This document shows, piece by piece, positions 13,296-25,184 of a DNA stretch of 64,000 nt. The DNA is from Blasia pusilla (taxonomy: Eukaryota). The notes beneath the pieces were generated by a model. It saw only the letters and a list, made by a program, of their open reading frames with translations. It was not told where the DNA came from and did not search any database. The translations under genes and the position numbers were made by a program. The stretch covers positions 34,720,001 through 34,784,000 of the forward strand of contig CM114271.1 of NCBI GenBank assembly GCA_050084515.1, in the 5' to 3' direction. Position 1 is the stretch's first letter. The number at the start of each line of letters is the position of its first letter.

Positions 13296-14232
13296 ACAAT
13301 GACTACTCTAGTCTGAATGATATCAATGGTGATGAAAAAATATTGGAAACTCAATACTGAAGCTTGGACGTTGGTGTTGAAGGATAGAGCAACTAGCACT
13401 AGAATCATGACAATGGTACCAAAAAAAAAAAGCGGCAGCAAATATGGAATGGTGATTAGTAGCAAATTTCCAATGGTCATATATAGTAATAGCAACGATG
13501 GCGGATGGCAAGAGATTGACTGTTGGCTGAAGCCCTGATGACTTAGTGATGCTCTAATAGGTTGACGGTTGAGGGAATAAAAATATGATGATGGGCATCA
13601 TGACCTGTTGATGGCCATATTGACGGGAGGCTATTGCGAGCTTCCTGTGGTTTGAAGAGAGCTTCCGTTGGGTTGAAGAGAGGAAGTTTTTTTTGTTAAC
13701 ATTTTTGCAATTTTGTTCCTTATGCTTAGTCACTCTCACAGATTGGTTTTTTCTCTTCCACATTCCGGCAACCCGTCTAAATCCGACGGGTTGCAAGTTG
13801 CACAAAATAAATAAAACTGAAAAAATCATTGGAATCACAAATGTGGAACAAATCACTTTTTCTATCCAAGGTCTAAAAAAAAATCATTATTTTTCCATAG
13901 CTGATTAGAGTTCAAGCTCATAGTGAACATTTTGGCACTTCAAAGTACAATCAAAGATCTCATTTTGCATCCTCAAAGTGGTTTGTTTAGGACCTTCGCA
14001 CTTCTTTGAGGGATAAAATTGGTTGGTGGATTCCTACTCCTATCTCTAACTCTCTTAAAACTACAAGCAACACATAGTACATGAGCTTACAAGGGAAATA
14101 CCTTTTCCCACTTGTCTCTCTTTAGACAAAGTCATCACATGAACATGTGGGAAAGCAACAGATGTGTACCACATACATCCTTGTCACACTTGAATTCACA
14201 GTGTTGTTCTTGACCCAATACATCCTTCCTAT

Positions 14233-17200
14233 TCAATTGCCACTATGAACATCTTTTATGGCGATGATTTCCATGTTTGCCTTTCGAGCTGATGCGATTC
14301 GCTTTGCTCTCTCCACCGTTGGCCTACACATTCTGTTTCTCTTCACCTCATTTCTAGACTCAAACAGAAATAGTGGATTGAGATCATCCACCTTCTCCGG
14401 GTACATGTTGACATCAATCTTGGGTTGAATCCGAAATGCGAAGGTCTCTTTAATGCAAACATGGTCTGAACTCCCTCCATCTAAGAGTCTGAAACTGGCA
14501 CTCGTAAAATTGTCCACTTCCTCTAGAGTGCAATTGGTATCTGCAACAATGGGCCAAATCGTGGGGGTATTCCGTGGAACTCCAATGGCAGCCAGATAAG
14601 ACTTTCGGAAAGCGGATGATTCATTTGGGCAGAAGAAGTACTTCAATTGATCCTCGATTCTAGTAAAATGATCAAAGGTTTTCAGCCTCCATAAGCCTGG
14701 GAGTGGTCGTCTTGTCCTTGTATAGTTCTTATTTAGGAAAGTGCCACATGCTCTCCTAATGCCATCTGATCTTGCCCTGCAAGTGGGGCCACATCTAGGG
14801 TTGCTTCGAGAAATATGCCATCGCTTGAGGTTGCAATCAACCTCAACAACCAGAATCCCATACTGTTGAACTACCCTCGAGATTGTATATTGGGAAGTTC
14901 GAGTAACACACGGATTTTGAAATAAAACATCCACTGATTTTGCAGAAGGTACTTCAACCCAAATTTGGGGGAAGTCTGGTGTCTCCAAATACCCGAGCAG
15001 GGTAATTTCATCATCCAAATCAATCACCGGATTCTTTCCTCGATATTGACGCTTAATTTTCTTGAAGTCAATATACTTATCAGGTCTCCAAGAGTCTCGT
15101 TCAGACTGCTCTACTACCCTCTGTATGGGACGTCTCGAAATACGCCCACAAATTTCCCCACCAATATGGACGTCTTTCTCGAGAGGAGTTCCAACTACAC
15201 ACCGATTGAAGGCTTCCACAGACAATTTTCATCCCCAGATCTCACAACGGCTCCAACATAGAGCTTGTAAATCGAAGGGCCCTTTCCCTTGGTTATGCCT
15301 TTTGTAAGGAAGATGTGGGATGTTGCACATTGTAGCATTGCTCTTGCCTGGTCTTATTGGCATGCCTCAACGAGAGATATTTTTTTGACATGTTTGTGAT
15401 GATCTCTAAGAGGAATTGACACTCTTGGCTCCACTTGTGTTGGGGCAGAGGGCATTCTCGTGAATGTTTAGTCCCTCCACAAGAAAATTTGTCAATTGAT
15501 GGAGAGAAAGCCTAAGTGTTCAATGCTTCAAGAAGCATTGAAGCATTCAAGAAGCATTCAATTGAAAACAACCAACCTGTCAATAAGATGTATGAACAGA
15601 ACTTGGACACAACGGGTTGCCAACAACTACCAACCCGGGAGTGGTTCCGACGCGTTGCAGCATGTAATTTGCAAGACAAGCAGCAAACCATCAGATTTCG
15701 ACAGGTTGCAAGTAGAACATTTTTGAAAAAAGCCGCTTGCAACCCGTCAAATAGCAATGCAACTCGTCACAAGATAAAAAAATTCAGAAAAAATTTGACA
15801 CGAGTCAGATTCTGACGAGTTGCAAGATGAAAGTTTTTCACACAAAAGTTACTTGCAACCCGTAGGATTCTGACGGGTTGCAAGATGAACTTTTTTCGCA
15901 AAAAAGTAACTTGCAACCCGTCACATTCTGACGGGTTGCAAGCCATTGAATTTGGATAGGTCGCACTGTGATGTAACATATCGGTTCCAACAAGTTGCTT
16001 TACCTACCTATTTTGCAACCCGTACGATTCTGACGAGTTGCAATGTCACACTTGGACTACATACTTGGAAAAAATGGGGAAAACTCACGTGCTGCATAAA
16101 GTTTCCCCATTGCCCATTCGAACGGTCCACCAACTGAGCCACGAACACAACTCTTTGTATTTCCCCTCAATCGTATGCTTTCTCCACCACACTTGAAGCT
16201 CTTCTTGGCACTTCATGGCTTGTTTCAAGGTTTTGCTATCCTTGCAGCGTTGAAGTACAGCTACATGCTCTGTTCTCTTAGTCTCCTTGATGTAGAATTT
16301 TGTGTAGCGAGTCACAGATTGTTTCCAATGGAAAGCATCCGATATTCCCCTTTCTGGTTGAAAGACGATTTTGCTGATAGCAATCCATCCGGAAAATATC
16401 AAAGCTAACCCAGCTCCCAAATAGATCTTCTCCCTCCCTCATTCTGTCAAAAAGATCCAGGCCGCTAGACAACCCTGTAGTAGACATTTTGAAGACATAA
16501 GCTCTAGATCCCTCGCCTCCTTGGCCCATGAAATACCATCTCTGAATGAATGGAAATCGTGAGTTGGCCTTGATCTTGGCAATGGCATCCATCTCGTGGT
16601 TTTTCCGTCAAGTATTCGTATTTGATGCAATAAGTTCCTGAAGCTTTCAAGATCAGCCAAGAATGCCAAATTTTCCCATAGTTGTTTCTTCTGAGCTGCC
16701 ATGATCTCCCCTTGGCCACGAATACCTAGTAGTTGTTCACAAATATGTGATGGAGTTGTCAATTTGATCACTTTGGGCTTTGATCTCGGAGAATTTTTGT
16801 ATATCTCAGCCACTTTCTTTGCCATATCCTCCTTGATGTGTCTCTGAATTGCACCCGTGACAGGATGAGTGTGACACCCAACATGAATTGCTTGCCTTGT
16901 GTACTCGGACGTAGAACTGTAGTCGTGCACTATGAAAAACATATAAGTCGGACACGTTGTAACATAGAAAGGGAAGGCTTGATAATGCAAACATCGATGG
17001 CCACCGGACGGTATAGTCGTACCCACGGCGTAAGGAGTTTCAGCATTTTTTGGGGGAAATTGTGACGTATTCACGACTCCGTTCCTCTCGAGGAAGGGGC
17101 ATCTTGGACTTCTGCACTCTAAAGCTCCAACGCATTGGTGACGAGACACAATCCAAGGACCACTTGGGATTGAAGCACTCGTTCGCTGCAGTCTACACCA

Positions 17201-17320
17201 TCGGTGATACTCCAATTTTTGGTGCATACCCTTCAAGCAACCTCCATCTTTCTTTTGAGCAAGACCGACAAGTGGAGGCAGCTCAAAAATGCAGCTTCCA
17301 TCATACGTTGCTAGCAACTC
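14233..17320 (-). pseudogene. GCM-like zinc-finger, Mutator-like transposase pseudogene (putative intron ~15512-16088)
   Basis: ORF 16439-17413 has W..C(VGALE)C..PRC..C..CP..HVGCHTHP (GCM/WRKY-type Zn finger). Then VFKMS..GLDLFDRM..WVSFD (candidate first catalytic D), SDAFHW (degenerate CxxH) and WLSWW. The C-terminal ORF 14233-15225 has WHISR..C..C..FFC..IWP. The DDE core appears internally deleted. Confidence 0.65.
15600..16045. repeat. Cluster of ~8 degenerate 29-bp palindromes in the transposase intron
   Basis: e.g. TTGCAACCCGTAGGATTCTGACGGGTTGCA (15853) and TTGCAACCCGTCACATTCTGACGGGTTGCA (15911). Confidence 0.9.
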
Positions 17321-18429
17321 ATCCAGAGATGAGGTAGCAAGAAAGGTTGGAAAATCTAGCTCCGAAGAAGCTCGCAAAGCAAGAGGAGAAGCGGGAAGAA
17401 AAATGGCTCGCAAAGGCGCAGAAGGCCGAGAAGAAATGCATGGAGGCGGAGATTAAGCAGAAGAAGATGCAAGACGCCGCCTTCCGGAAAGCCAAATTGG
17501 CAAAAGCCAGGAAGGAAAATGCAGTCGCTATAGAAGAAGAACCCTCCCAGCAACCCATCGAGAGTGTGGAAATGGAGGATGTGTCATCTATGAGGTGAGT
17601 GGGAAAATGCAAGAGACCAACACCGACGAGCTTCCAGAGATAAACAAGGAAGCTGTTAGAACCCCGAGTGTTGAGATCATGGAGATCTCGGAAGGAGAAG
17701 GAGAAGAGTCTTCTACATCTTAGAACCCTGTTGAAGAATTTGACTTGTTTGCAATTGAAGAGTTTCAAGTGGACTTGCCGGATGAGGCTCCAGAACAGCT
17801 CGCTGGACTTGACACCGACCCCATTTTTGAGCGGGTAAGCATTGTTCTACATTTCTCTTTGCATTGCATTGCTTCCAGTCCTTATGAAAACTGGAATTAA
17901 TAGTGGTGACATTCACGCAGGTGGTGAAGCATATGGCACAGGTGGATGGTCCGAACACCCCGAGGATTCCTCTCTGCCTATTCCGAACGATGGAATACGT
18001 TCGAGAAATCCAATCCGAGGGAGACATTGACAAGTTGAAGTTGTTTGTGGCAACAGCTTCACATGTGGATAGCTTCCCACCTTTCTATGTTCAACCTTAT
18101 GATGAGCATGGAACCCAGGCTTTGGTAACTGAGGAAGACCTAGAGAGTCTGGATGCTTTCTAGAGGCTGAGGGATGTGGAGTTCTGGAAGGCAGTGGCAA
18201 GAACCCAGTACAAGTGGATGCAAAACTTGTACTTCTTCATCTAGGATGGCAACCACCGATTCATGGCATGGTCGAGGTTTGCAGCGGAGCGACCAAACTC
18301 CCTTGAGGCTCATTTCTGTGTGAGGGCGGTGGTTCTCCATCCCTACCCGAATCATATGGCCACCGTGGAGATGGCCATGCACTCCATTATCACGTAAGTA
18401 TCCTGAAACTTTTCTCCCAAATATGAACC

Positions 18430-19090
18430 CGTTTCAACCTGTTGGACTCGGACGGGTTGGTTCTTAGCAGCAATCGTTAAAGATAGCAACAACCCGTCAG
18501 AAGGCGACGCATTGCAATAGGAAGAACTCCTTGCCATATTTGCAATCCATCGGACTCCGACGGATTGCATTTGGCAATCTATTGAGTTGCTTGGCAACCC
18601 GTCGGAATCGGACGGATTGCATTTGGCAATCTATTGAGTTGTCTGGCAACCCGTCGGAGTCCGACGGGTTGCACAAACTCGAGTGTTGCTATCCCAATAG
18701 GACTGGCCTTGCAACCCGTCGGACTCTAACGGGTTGGAAGAGCAGGGATGTCTTGCAACCTGTTGGAATCCGACGGATTGCAAGAGAAAAAACTTACCTC
18801 TAAATCCTCAACCCCGATGCAAATATAATACCCGGTGTGGGTGGCTTTGCAACTCGTCGGTTTCCGACGCATTGAATTTACGAATGTAGTGGATGGTGGT
18901 GCAACCCGTCGGACTCCGACGGGTTGCAACCCAACTCCTTCGACAAGACGCAACCCGGATGCAACTTGTCGGTTTCCAACGGAGTGCACTGAGAAAGCTT
19001 GTGGAGCAACCCCTCGGACTTTGACGGGTTGCAAGCAGTTGTCATTTTGTTTGTCTATTTCAAACCCGTAAAAAACCAACGGGTTGCTAT
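18430..19090. repeat. Cluster of ~12 29-bp palindromes in a ParB-gene intron
   Basis: Perfect copy TGCAACCCGTCGGACTCCGACGGGTTGCA at 18900-18928; others mostly every ~45-65 bp. Confidence 0.93.
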
Positions 19091-21154
19091 TAGTAAATGT
19101 TCTTACTTCTCATTGTTGTTTGCAGCATTGTGTCGGAAGGGAATATTACCCATCACTGGATCCAAAAATACGCCTGAGTGAGGAAGGTTCTTACAACGCA
19201 CCCATCGCAATACAAAGGATTCCTTGGAGAGGATCCGAGTTGGTGGATGAGATGCTCGCAAAAGGAGCACAAATCAAAAAGAAGACTTGGGCCAACACAT
19301 TCATTTCCCAAGATGCAACTATTACAATTCTCTACAGGTCAAAAATCCAGGCAGCAAAAAGAAGCGTGACACTGGAGCTGGAGTGGAGAGGGAATGTTTC
19401 AGCTTCTGAGAGAGCGAAGTTCATTCAGGCTGTGGTGTCGTCGGCGACCACGTACCTTGCAAAAAAGATGCAACGGTACATCGCCATCCTCAACCCCAAG
19501 CTCGGGCCCGAATTTTACACAAAGTTGAAGGCCATAATCAAGCGGTAGCAAAAGAGGGACGAGGATCCATACGGACGAATTATAGTGAAGGTGTCTTTGG
19601 ATCGAGTTCGCCCTCTCGGGGATTTCAGAATTCAAGCAGATCCGACTGATGAAGATCAATCTATAGGGAATGGAGGAAGAGAAAAAATTGGCACACCATG
19701 GGTGGTGTCCGACCCACTCATTTCCCAGTGGCTGCGAGAATGGTCCATTTAGGATGCCTTGCACTTGCTAGGAAAGGCAATGATTGAGTGCCTTCAAGCC
19801 GACTTGTAGAGAATTCAGCCAGTTCCGGAGGAGGCTAGCCTCGAATCGGCAGAGGAGTACGAGTTGTGGTTGAATGACATCCGGGATAAGCCAACAAAGA
19901 ACCCCGGGTTCAAGAAGATGATCAAGAGCCTAATTATGCCGCAGGGGGATGTCGACGAGGAGATTGGCGACCCGAAGAAATGGAACTTTGCCAAAAAGAA
20001 GAAGGAGCTTCAAGATCAAGCTACCAATTCATCCCGCCATTGAGCTGAGCAGAGGATGGTGTTCATATTCTTGACTTCCTCTATGAATGCAGGAACATGG
20101 AGGAAGTTCTCAACGGTGCTCAAGCTATGGGCAGATACTCCAGATGGCAAAGGATTGTCCATGTATGATGTGGAGATGGCACTCGACATGAGCCCTTGGG
20201 AAGTGCTAAACTGTTCAATCTGGTTGGACTTCAATGACCCTGATGAGCTCACTGATCTAGCAAAGCGAGACTTGTATAATGCGCTAGCTGCTAGCGAGGA
20301 GGACATCCCAAAAATTTTCAAGATGGAGGAGTACTTCGAAGGGGATGGCGAGGCACAAGCGATTGAGGCGGCTGAGATTTTGTCAAAAATTGTAAGAGTA
20401 AAAGACAAGTCCATTGTGGGGTTGAAATCCAAGGTGAAGGGCCCCAAACCATCCAAGGTAAGATCATCTAGGCAAGAAGGGCGGCAACGAGAGGCCCCGA
20501 AAGAGAATCCTATGGATTCTGAGGTCACGGTGACCCCAAAAAGCAAGCACCCCACTCGCGAGAAGTGAAAGAGGGAGACACCCGATTCCTCCGAGGGGGG
20601 GAACAAGAATGTAGTCTTTACTCCTTCATTGTTGGGGAAGCACACGGACAGAGCATCAAAAATCACCATCTTGCTGCATCAAACATCATTGTTGGAAGAA
20701 CTGGAGAGGTTCTCCACACAAGAGTCCACGTCTTCCCTGGAGAAGCTGACACTCTTGGGATGAAAGCTTTCACGAAACGGCCATGCCCTGTGGACTGTCA
20801 ATGGGGTACATGAGGAGGTTGCAATTGACCTCCTCATCGCAGATCTACCATCGAGGCTTAGATTGTGGGCAGAGAACCCATGCGACCCAATTCCGGATTG
20901 GAACATTCCCTTCACATATGACCAGATCGCCTTGATGTTCTCCTTTGCCAACGCGTATCTGAGTGACACGGGATATTTCCTTGTTCTCACCGATGGCAGC
21001 GAGGATGAGCTCTTCAACTTGCAGTGCGTCAAGCAATCGTTGAAGTGGCAAATAGTGTTGTATTGGGTTGTGAAGAACGAAAACCCGCTGAGGTCAGCTA
21101 CAAATCAACTCTTGGTAAGTCTGAAAAACTTATGCAACTTTTTTCTTTTTTTCT

Positions 21155-21425
21155 TGCAACCCGTCCAACTGCGACAGGTTGCTCAACACACATCAGAACT
21201 AGAGTGGTGATGCAACCTGTCGGACTCTCACGGGTTGCACATTGACCCTTACACGGACTGTGCAACATGTCCGACTCCGATGGGTTGCACATGGACCCTC
21301 CCATGGCCTGTGCAACCCGTCGAAACCCGACGGGTTGCACATCCACAGTTTGTGAGCAACTTGTCGGAATCCGACGGGTTGCATCGCCCCCAACTTTGCA
21401 ACCCCAGATTCCGTTGGTGACATCT
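21155..21425. repeat. Cluster of ~6 29-bp palindromes in the intron after the MTase-like exon
   Basis: Copies at ~21155, 21211, 21261, 21311, 21356 and 21398 (~50-bp period). Confidence 0.9.
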
Positions 21426-22194
21426 GACATTTCCAACCCGTCGAGTTGCTCTTGGAAGACCTTTTCCTTGATTCTTAGCTGATTTTTATGGTGAGAATGA
21501 GTGGCGGAAACATTCTCTGCCTTGAGTCTCGGAACAACTTGTTTGCACTTTTCCAGGAGGCAAAGTCATAGTACAATAGGTTGATGGGCGTTTACCAAAT
21601 GCCTGCACGGATCAATGAACCTGCATTGGAGCCACTGGTTGTGACGCCATCCTCACTACTAGTGATCCCAAAACTCGGAAGGGCAAGCCCACCGGTGATT
21701 CTAGAGGAGTTGTCGGATGATGACAAGTGATTGTAGGTGCATTGGATTTCAAGCATTTTGGAGTTGATATGTGTTGGTTCTTGGGGAGGAGCAAATATTG
21801 ATATCAATGGGTTTCCCTTTGTAGAAGCTTCAAAATCACCTATCCGGGCAGCGTTGGTACTTTTCTCGGGCCACAGGGGACCGATACGGGGTTCCTAGGG
21901 GAACAAGGCTCTCACATCCTCCTTCCTTCTCAATTCCAATCTACAATTGTGTAGAGGAGCCACTGACTAGCCCTAAGAAGTCACTTGTAGAGGCATCGGC
22001 AAGAGTTAGAAATATTTTTGTAGATGACGAGGTTGAAGAGATCATAGACTAGATTTTCTTCTTCAGGAAATCAAATGTAAATAACCGATTGGCATAAATA
22101 CAATCGATGTTTTGCACCCAATTCTCTTCACGCTTATAGTCTGATGTTATTTTTGTTAACACATTCCAAAATTGGGGTGAGGCTTTTCTGCTGT

Positions 22195-22605
22195 TGCAAT
22201 CCCTCGGAAACCGACGGGTTGCCTGAAAGGGTCTTTGAACTGCAATCTCTTTTCACATTTACATTTTGCCTGAAAATATCTTCACTACAATGTCTTTTCA
22301 CTGTACCAAGACCAATTTGTTTCCTTCTATTCTTTTGGTGTGGTGTGCGTGCTCTCCTGGACTCTAATATTCGGTTGGAGTGGTTGGTAACCCGTTTGAT
22401 TCCGAAGGGTTGAGAACCACTCCAACTGATGGAAAATGTCAGTTTTTGCAGATGGTCTAGTCTTGCAACCCGTTGGAGTCCAACGGGTTGCAAGATCACC
22501 TAAACCAGGGACAATACAGTCTTGCAACCCGTCGGAATCCGATGGGCTGCAAGATATCCAAATGCAGACAATCCTTGCAACCTGTCGAATTCCGACGCGT
22601 TGCAT
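22195..22605. repeat. Cluster of ~5 palindromes downstream of the ParB/MTase-like gene
   Basis: Includes the perfect 17+1+17 palindrome TCTTGCAACCCGTTGGA-G-TCCAACGGGTTGCAAGA at 22461-22495. Confidence 0.9.
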
Positions 22606-25184
22606 GTCTAAATAAATGGACCTGGTTGCTTAGCAGTCTCCCTCTTCACTCTTGACAGCTACCAACCTCTTGCTTCCATTGTCCTCTTAGTCCTTCCATG
22701 CAGGTTTTTTTCTCGATGCATATATTTCCTTGTGGCTTAGAGAATGGTGAAACCAAGTTGTCAAACGCCCAGCAATCTCCTATGGACTCCATGCACCCAT
22801 GCAAGAGCCAACATATGTAACTAAATCGTGGCCTCTGAGTTTTCTAGAATATCCAATTTTTTGGAATATCCAGGGCTGTCATGAAAACCATCGGCTACGC
22901 TCAATGGTCAGAGTTTACTGTGAGCCGATTTCAAGTGTTCTATTGTGGAAAATCCCATTTGATGGATCAGTATTGATCGGATGGGATTTTTCATATCTTG
23001 ATGCATCAAGAGCCCTCCTACCCAACACGGTGAGGGTGGGAGTCCTACATCGATGGTCCATAAGTAAAACCCTCAAGGACACTATAGTCTATTGACATAA
23101 TAGTCAATCTTTATTAGCACCTATTATTGTTCTGAAATTGTTTGTACTAATAAAATTATTCCTAGATAGTCCTCCAACAATATTACCCCCTTTGGGTGGC
23201 TTACTCTATAGTCGGCTTAGACTAGTAATGTGAAAAAAATTTGGCTCACATAGAGAATGCTGGAAGCATGTTTGAAGTGGTCTTCTTATGTCTACTTGTT
23301 TTTCCAAGCCTGGAAAAAACAAGGTTAGTTTATGCCCCAATCTAGTCCACTTGCTACTCTCTTCTAAAGTTTTTTTGCATTTGAAAGCAAAAAAAAAATA
23401 CAGAAATGTCAAAAAGTTTTGAAGAGAGGAGGCAGATTCTGCTTTTTTTTTAAAGAGAGACTCTCCTCTCTTCCTCTCCTCTCTTACTCTCTCATGCCAG
23501 AATACCAGCTCCCAACGAAGCAACTAGGTCGGAGCTACAGGTAAGGAGGACAGTGTCGACTGAAGGGTGTTGGTTAATAGCAACCGCATGATTGCATTAG
23601 AGAGCAAGACAAATTTGATGAGATCCTAGTGGATGTTGTGATCAACATCTAGGCTTCATTTTCTATGGTAACTTGTTGTAACAGGTAGGCATGACCCAAA
23701 CGAACTTCAATCCACTTCACATTTTTTGTTAACTTGGAAAGATAATCTGCAAGTGCCAGACAGGTAGAAAAAGTAGAGTGTCTACTTGCACATCATTTTG
23801 ACACCCGTCCAATTTTGTGTCATTCCCCCACTAGTCTTATTCTAATGTAAGTCGGGCAAGAGCTGCACAGGGGCCATTTGGAAGGCGTTGCGGCTCAGGA
23901 AAGGCACCCGAGGTTTATGAGACTCTGTCAATTCTTGATGAATGATTTCAGTGAGGTGTATAGTCTACGGGCCGCTCCAACAACGGCCATTACGAGGCGA
24001 TATGTACAAATACGGTGAATGCACCTCCGTCGGCAAATATTAAGTACGAGCGGTAGGCATGGGATGGATTTTTTCACTATGTGGGAGGGATGGTTATGGA
24101 TGTGGTAAGGTGATACATGTGGTCCAGTTTGGTATCCACTACTTTTGGTGGAACAGAAGAGGCGGCTATGGAACTGACGGGCCCTGATGAGGGAAGGCTA
24201 GTTGGGAGAGGGGAGATGATGAGTCTTATCATGTACTGGAACGAAGAGTTCAACTTGTTCTTTGTTTTGATCTTACCATGGCTCCTATAGTGAAGTATTT
24301 TTTATTTTTATTCTATTTTCTAGATCTCTGATCTTATTAGGGTTCTCATGTAGGTATTAAGGTTTCACAAATAGCGATGTAGTGGATCTCCTCATGTAAC
24401 TTCCTTTCTTCATCCAAATCACCCCCCTCCCCCTTCTACATTCACCTTTATTTTTCATCTTTATTTTTTGCTCACCCTTGATTCATGGTTGTCTCCATTG
24501 CTATACCCTTAGCTAAACCCTTATTTCCATCCATTTTGATCTAGATTTGTCTATTCACTTCCAACATTCTTAGTATCTTCATGAAGCCACTAGTTATGTT
24601 TGGACAAGCGGTTTGGGTTTAGAAGTCTTAAGTAATGAAGGTAGATGAGAGTTTATTCTAGGGAGATCAATTTGAATAGTGGGAATTATCTCTTGAGTTT
24701 GATGGAGGGGGTCATATTCTCTTGTTGGTGAATTATATCCATGCCTCGACCCTCACCAATCCCCGGTATGGGGACCCATGGGTCGTCTAGTTGGGATACG
24801 AAATGCACTTTTTTTCGAATACGAAATAGGTTTAGGGTCAAGTTGATGACCTACGCGCATAGGTCACCAAAGGAAGCTGAGGGTATACCTCAAGTAGAAT
24901 CAGTTTGAAGAACCCATGTTCAATAGCCTATATTCCTTTCATAAAAATGAAAGTGAGAACCCCAATCAACTACGGCAGATAATATTGTAAAAGGCTTTCT
25001 TGTTCATACTTAGAAGTTCGGAATAAAAATATCTATAATCAATATTAATATTATATAAAATGGTATCTATGTACTAATTTTTTTTCCTCTCATTTATGCT
25101 TGCATTTTTTTACTCATTTTTCTTATGTTATTTTATCTTGTTCATTGCTCACTTAGTCCATGCGTATGTTTTATTCTTACGTGC

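Larger units (their letters stand above)
17329..21730 (+). pseudogene. Spliced gene: K/E-rich N-terminus, ParB/Srx-like domain, helical region, amino-DNA-methyltransferase-like domain
   Basis: RIPLC..VR..FYV..YFFI*DGNHRFMAW (DGNHR at 18245-18259). IDLLIADLPS (DLPS at 20842-20853) followed by IPDWN..FANAYLSDTGYFLV. GT-AG introns 17835-17920, 18394-19125 and 21115-~21478. In-frame stops are explicable by single transitions. Confidence 0.7.
13760..22610. mobile_element. Large two-gene DNA transposon-like element (GCM/Mutator-like transposase + ParB/MTase-like gene) with 29-bp palindrome arrays; termini not identified
   Basis: Extent is defined by the outermost palindromes (13767 and 22576). It contains two divergent degenerate genes and is more GC-rich than the AT-rich DNA further right. 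Confidence 0.7.

Noticed and set aside
18430-19090. CRISPR array (29-bp palindromic repeats with unique spacers)
   Set aside because: Repeats are degenerate, spacer lengths are irregular, they sit in spliceosomal introns and there are no cas genes.
20016-20669. 217-aa minus-strand ORF
   Set aside because: Antisense shadow of the ParB/MTase-like gene exon.
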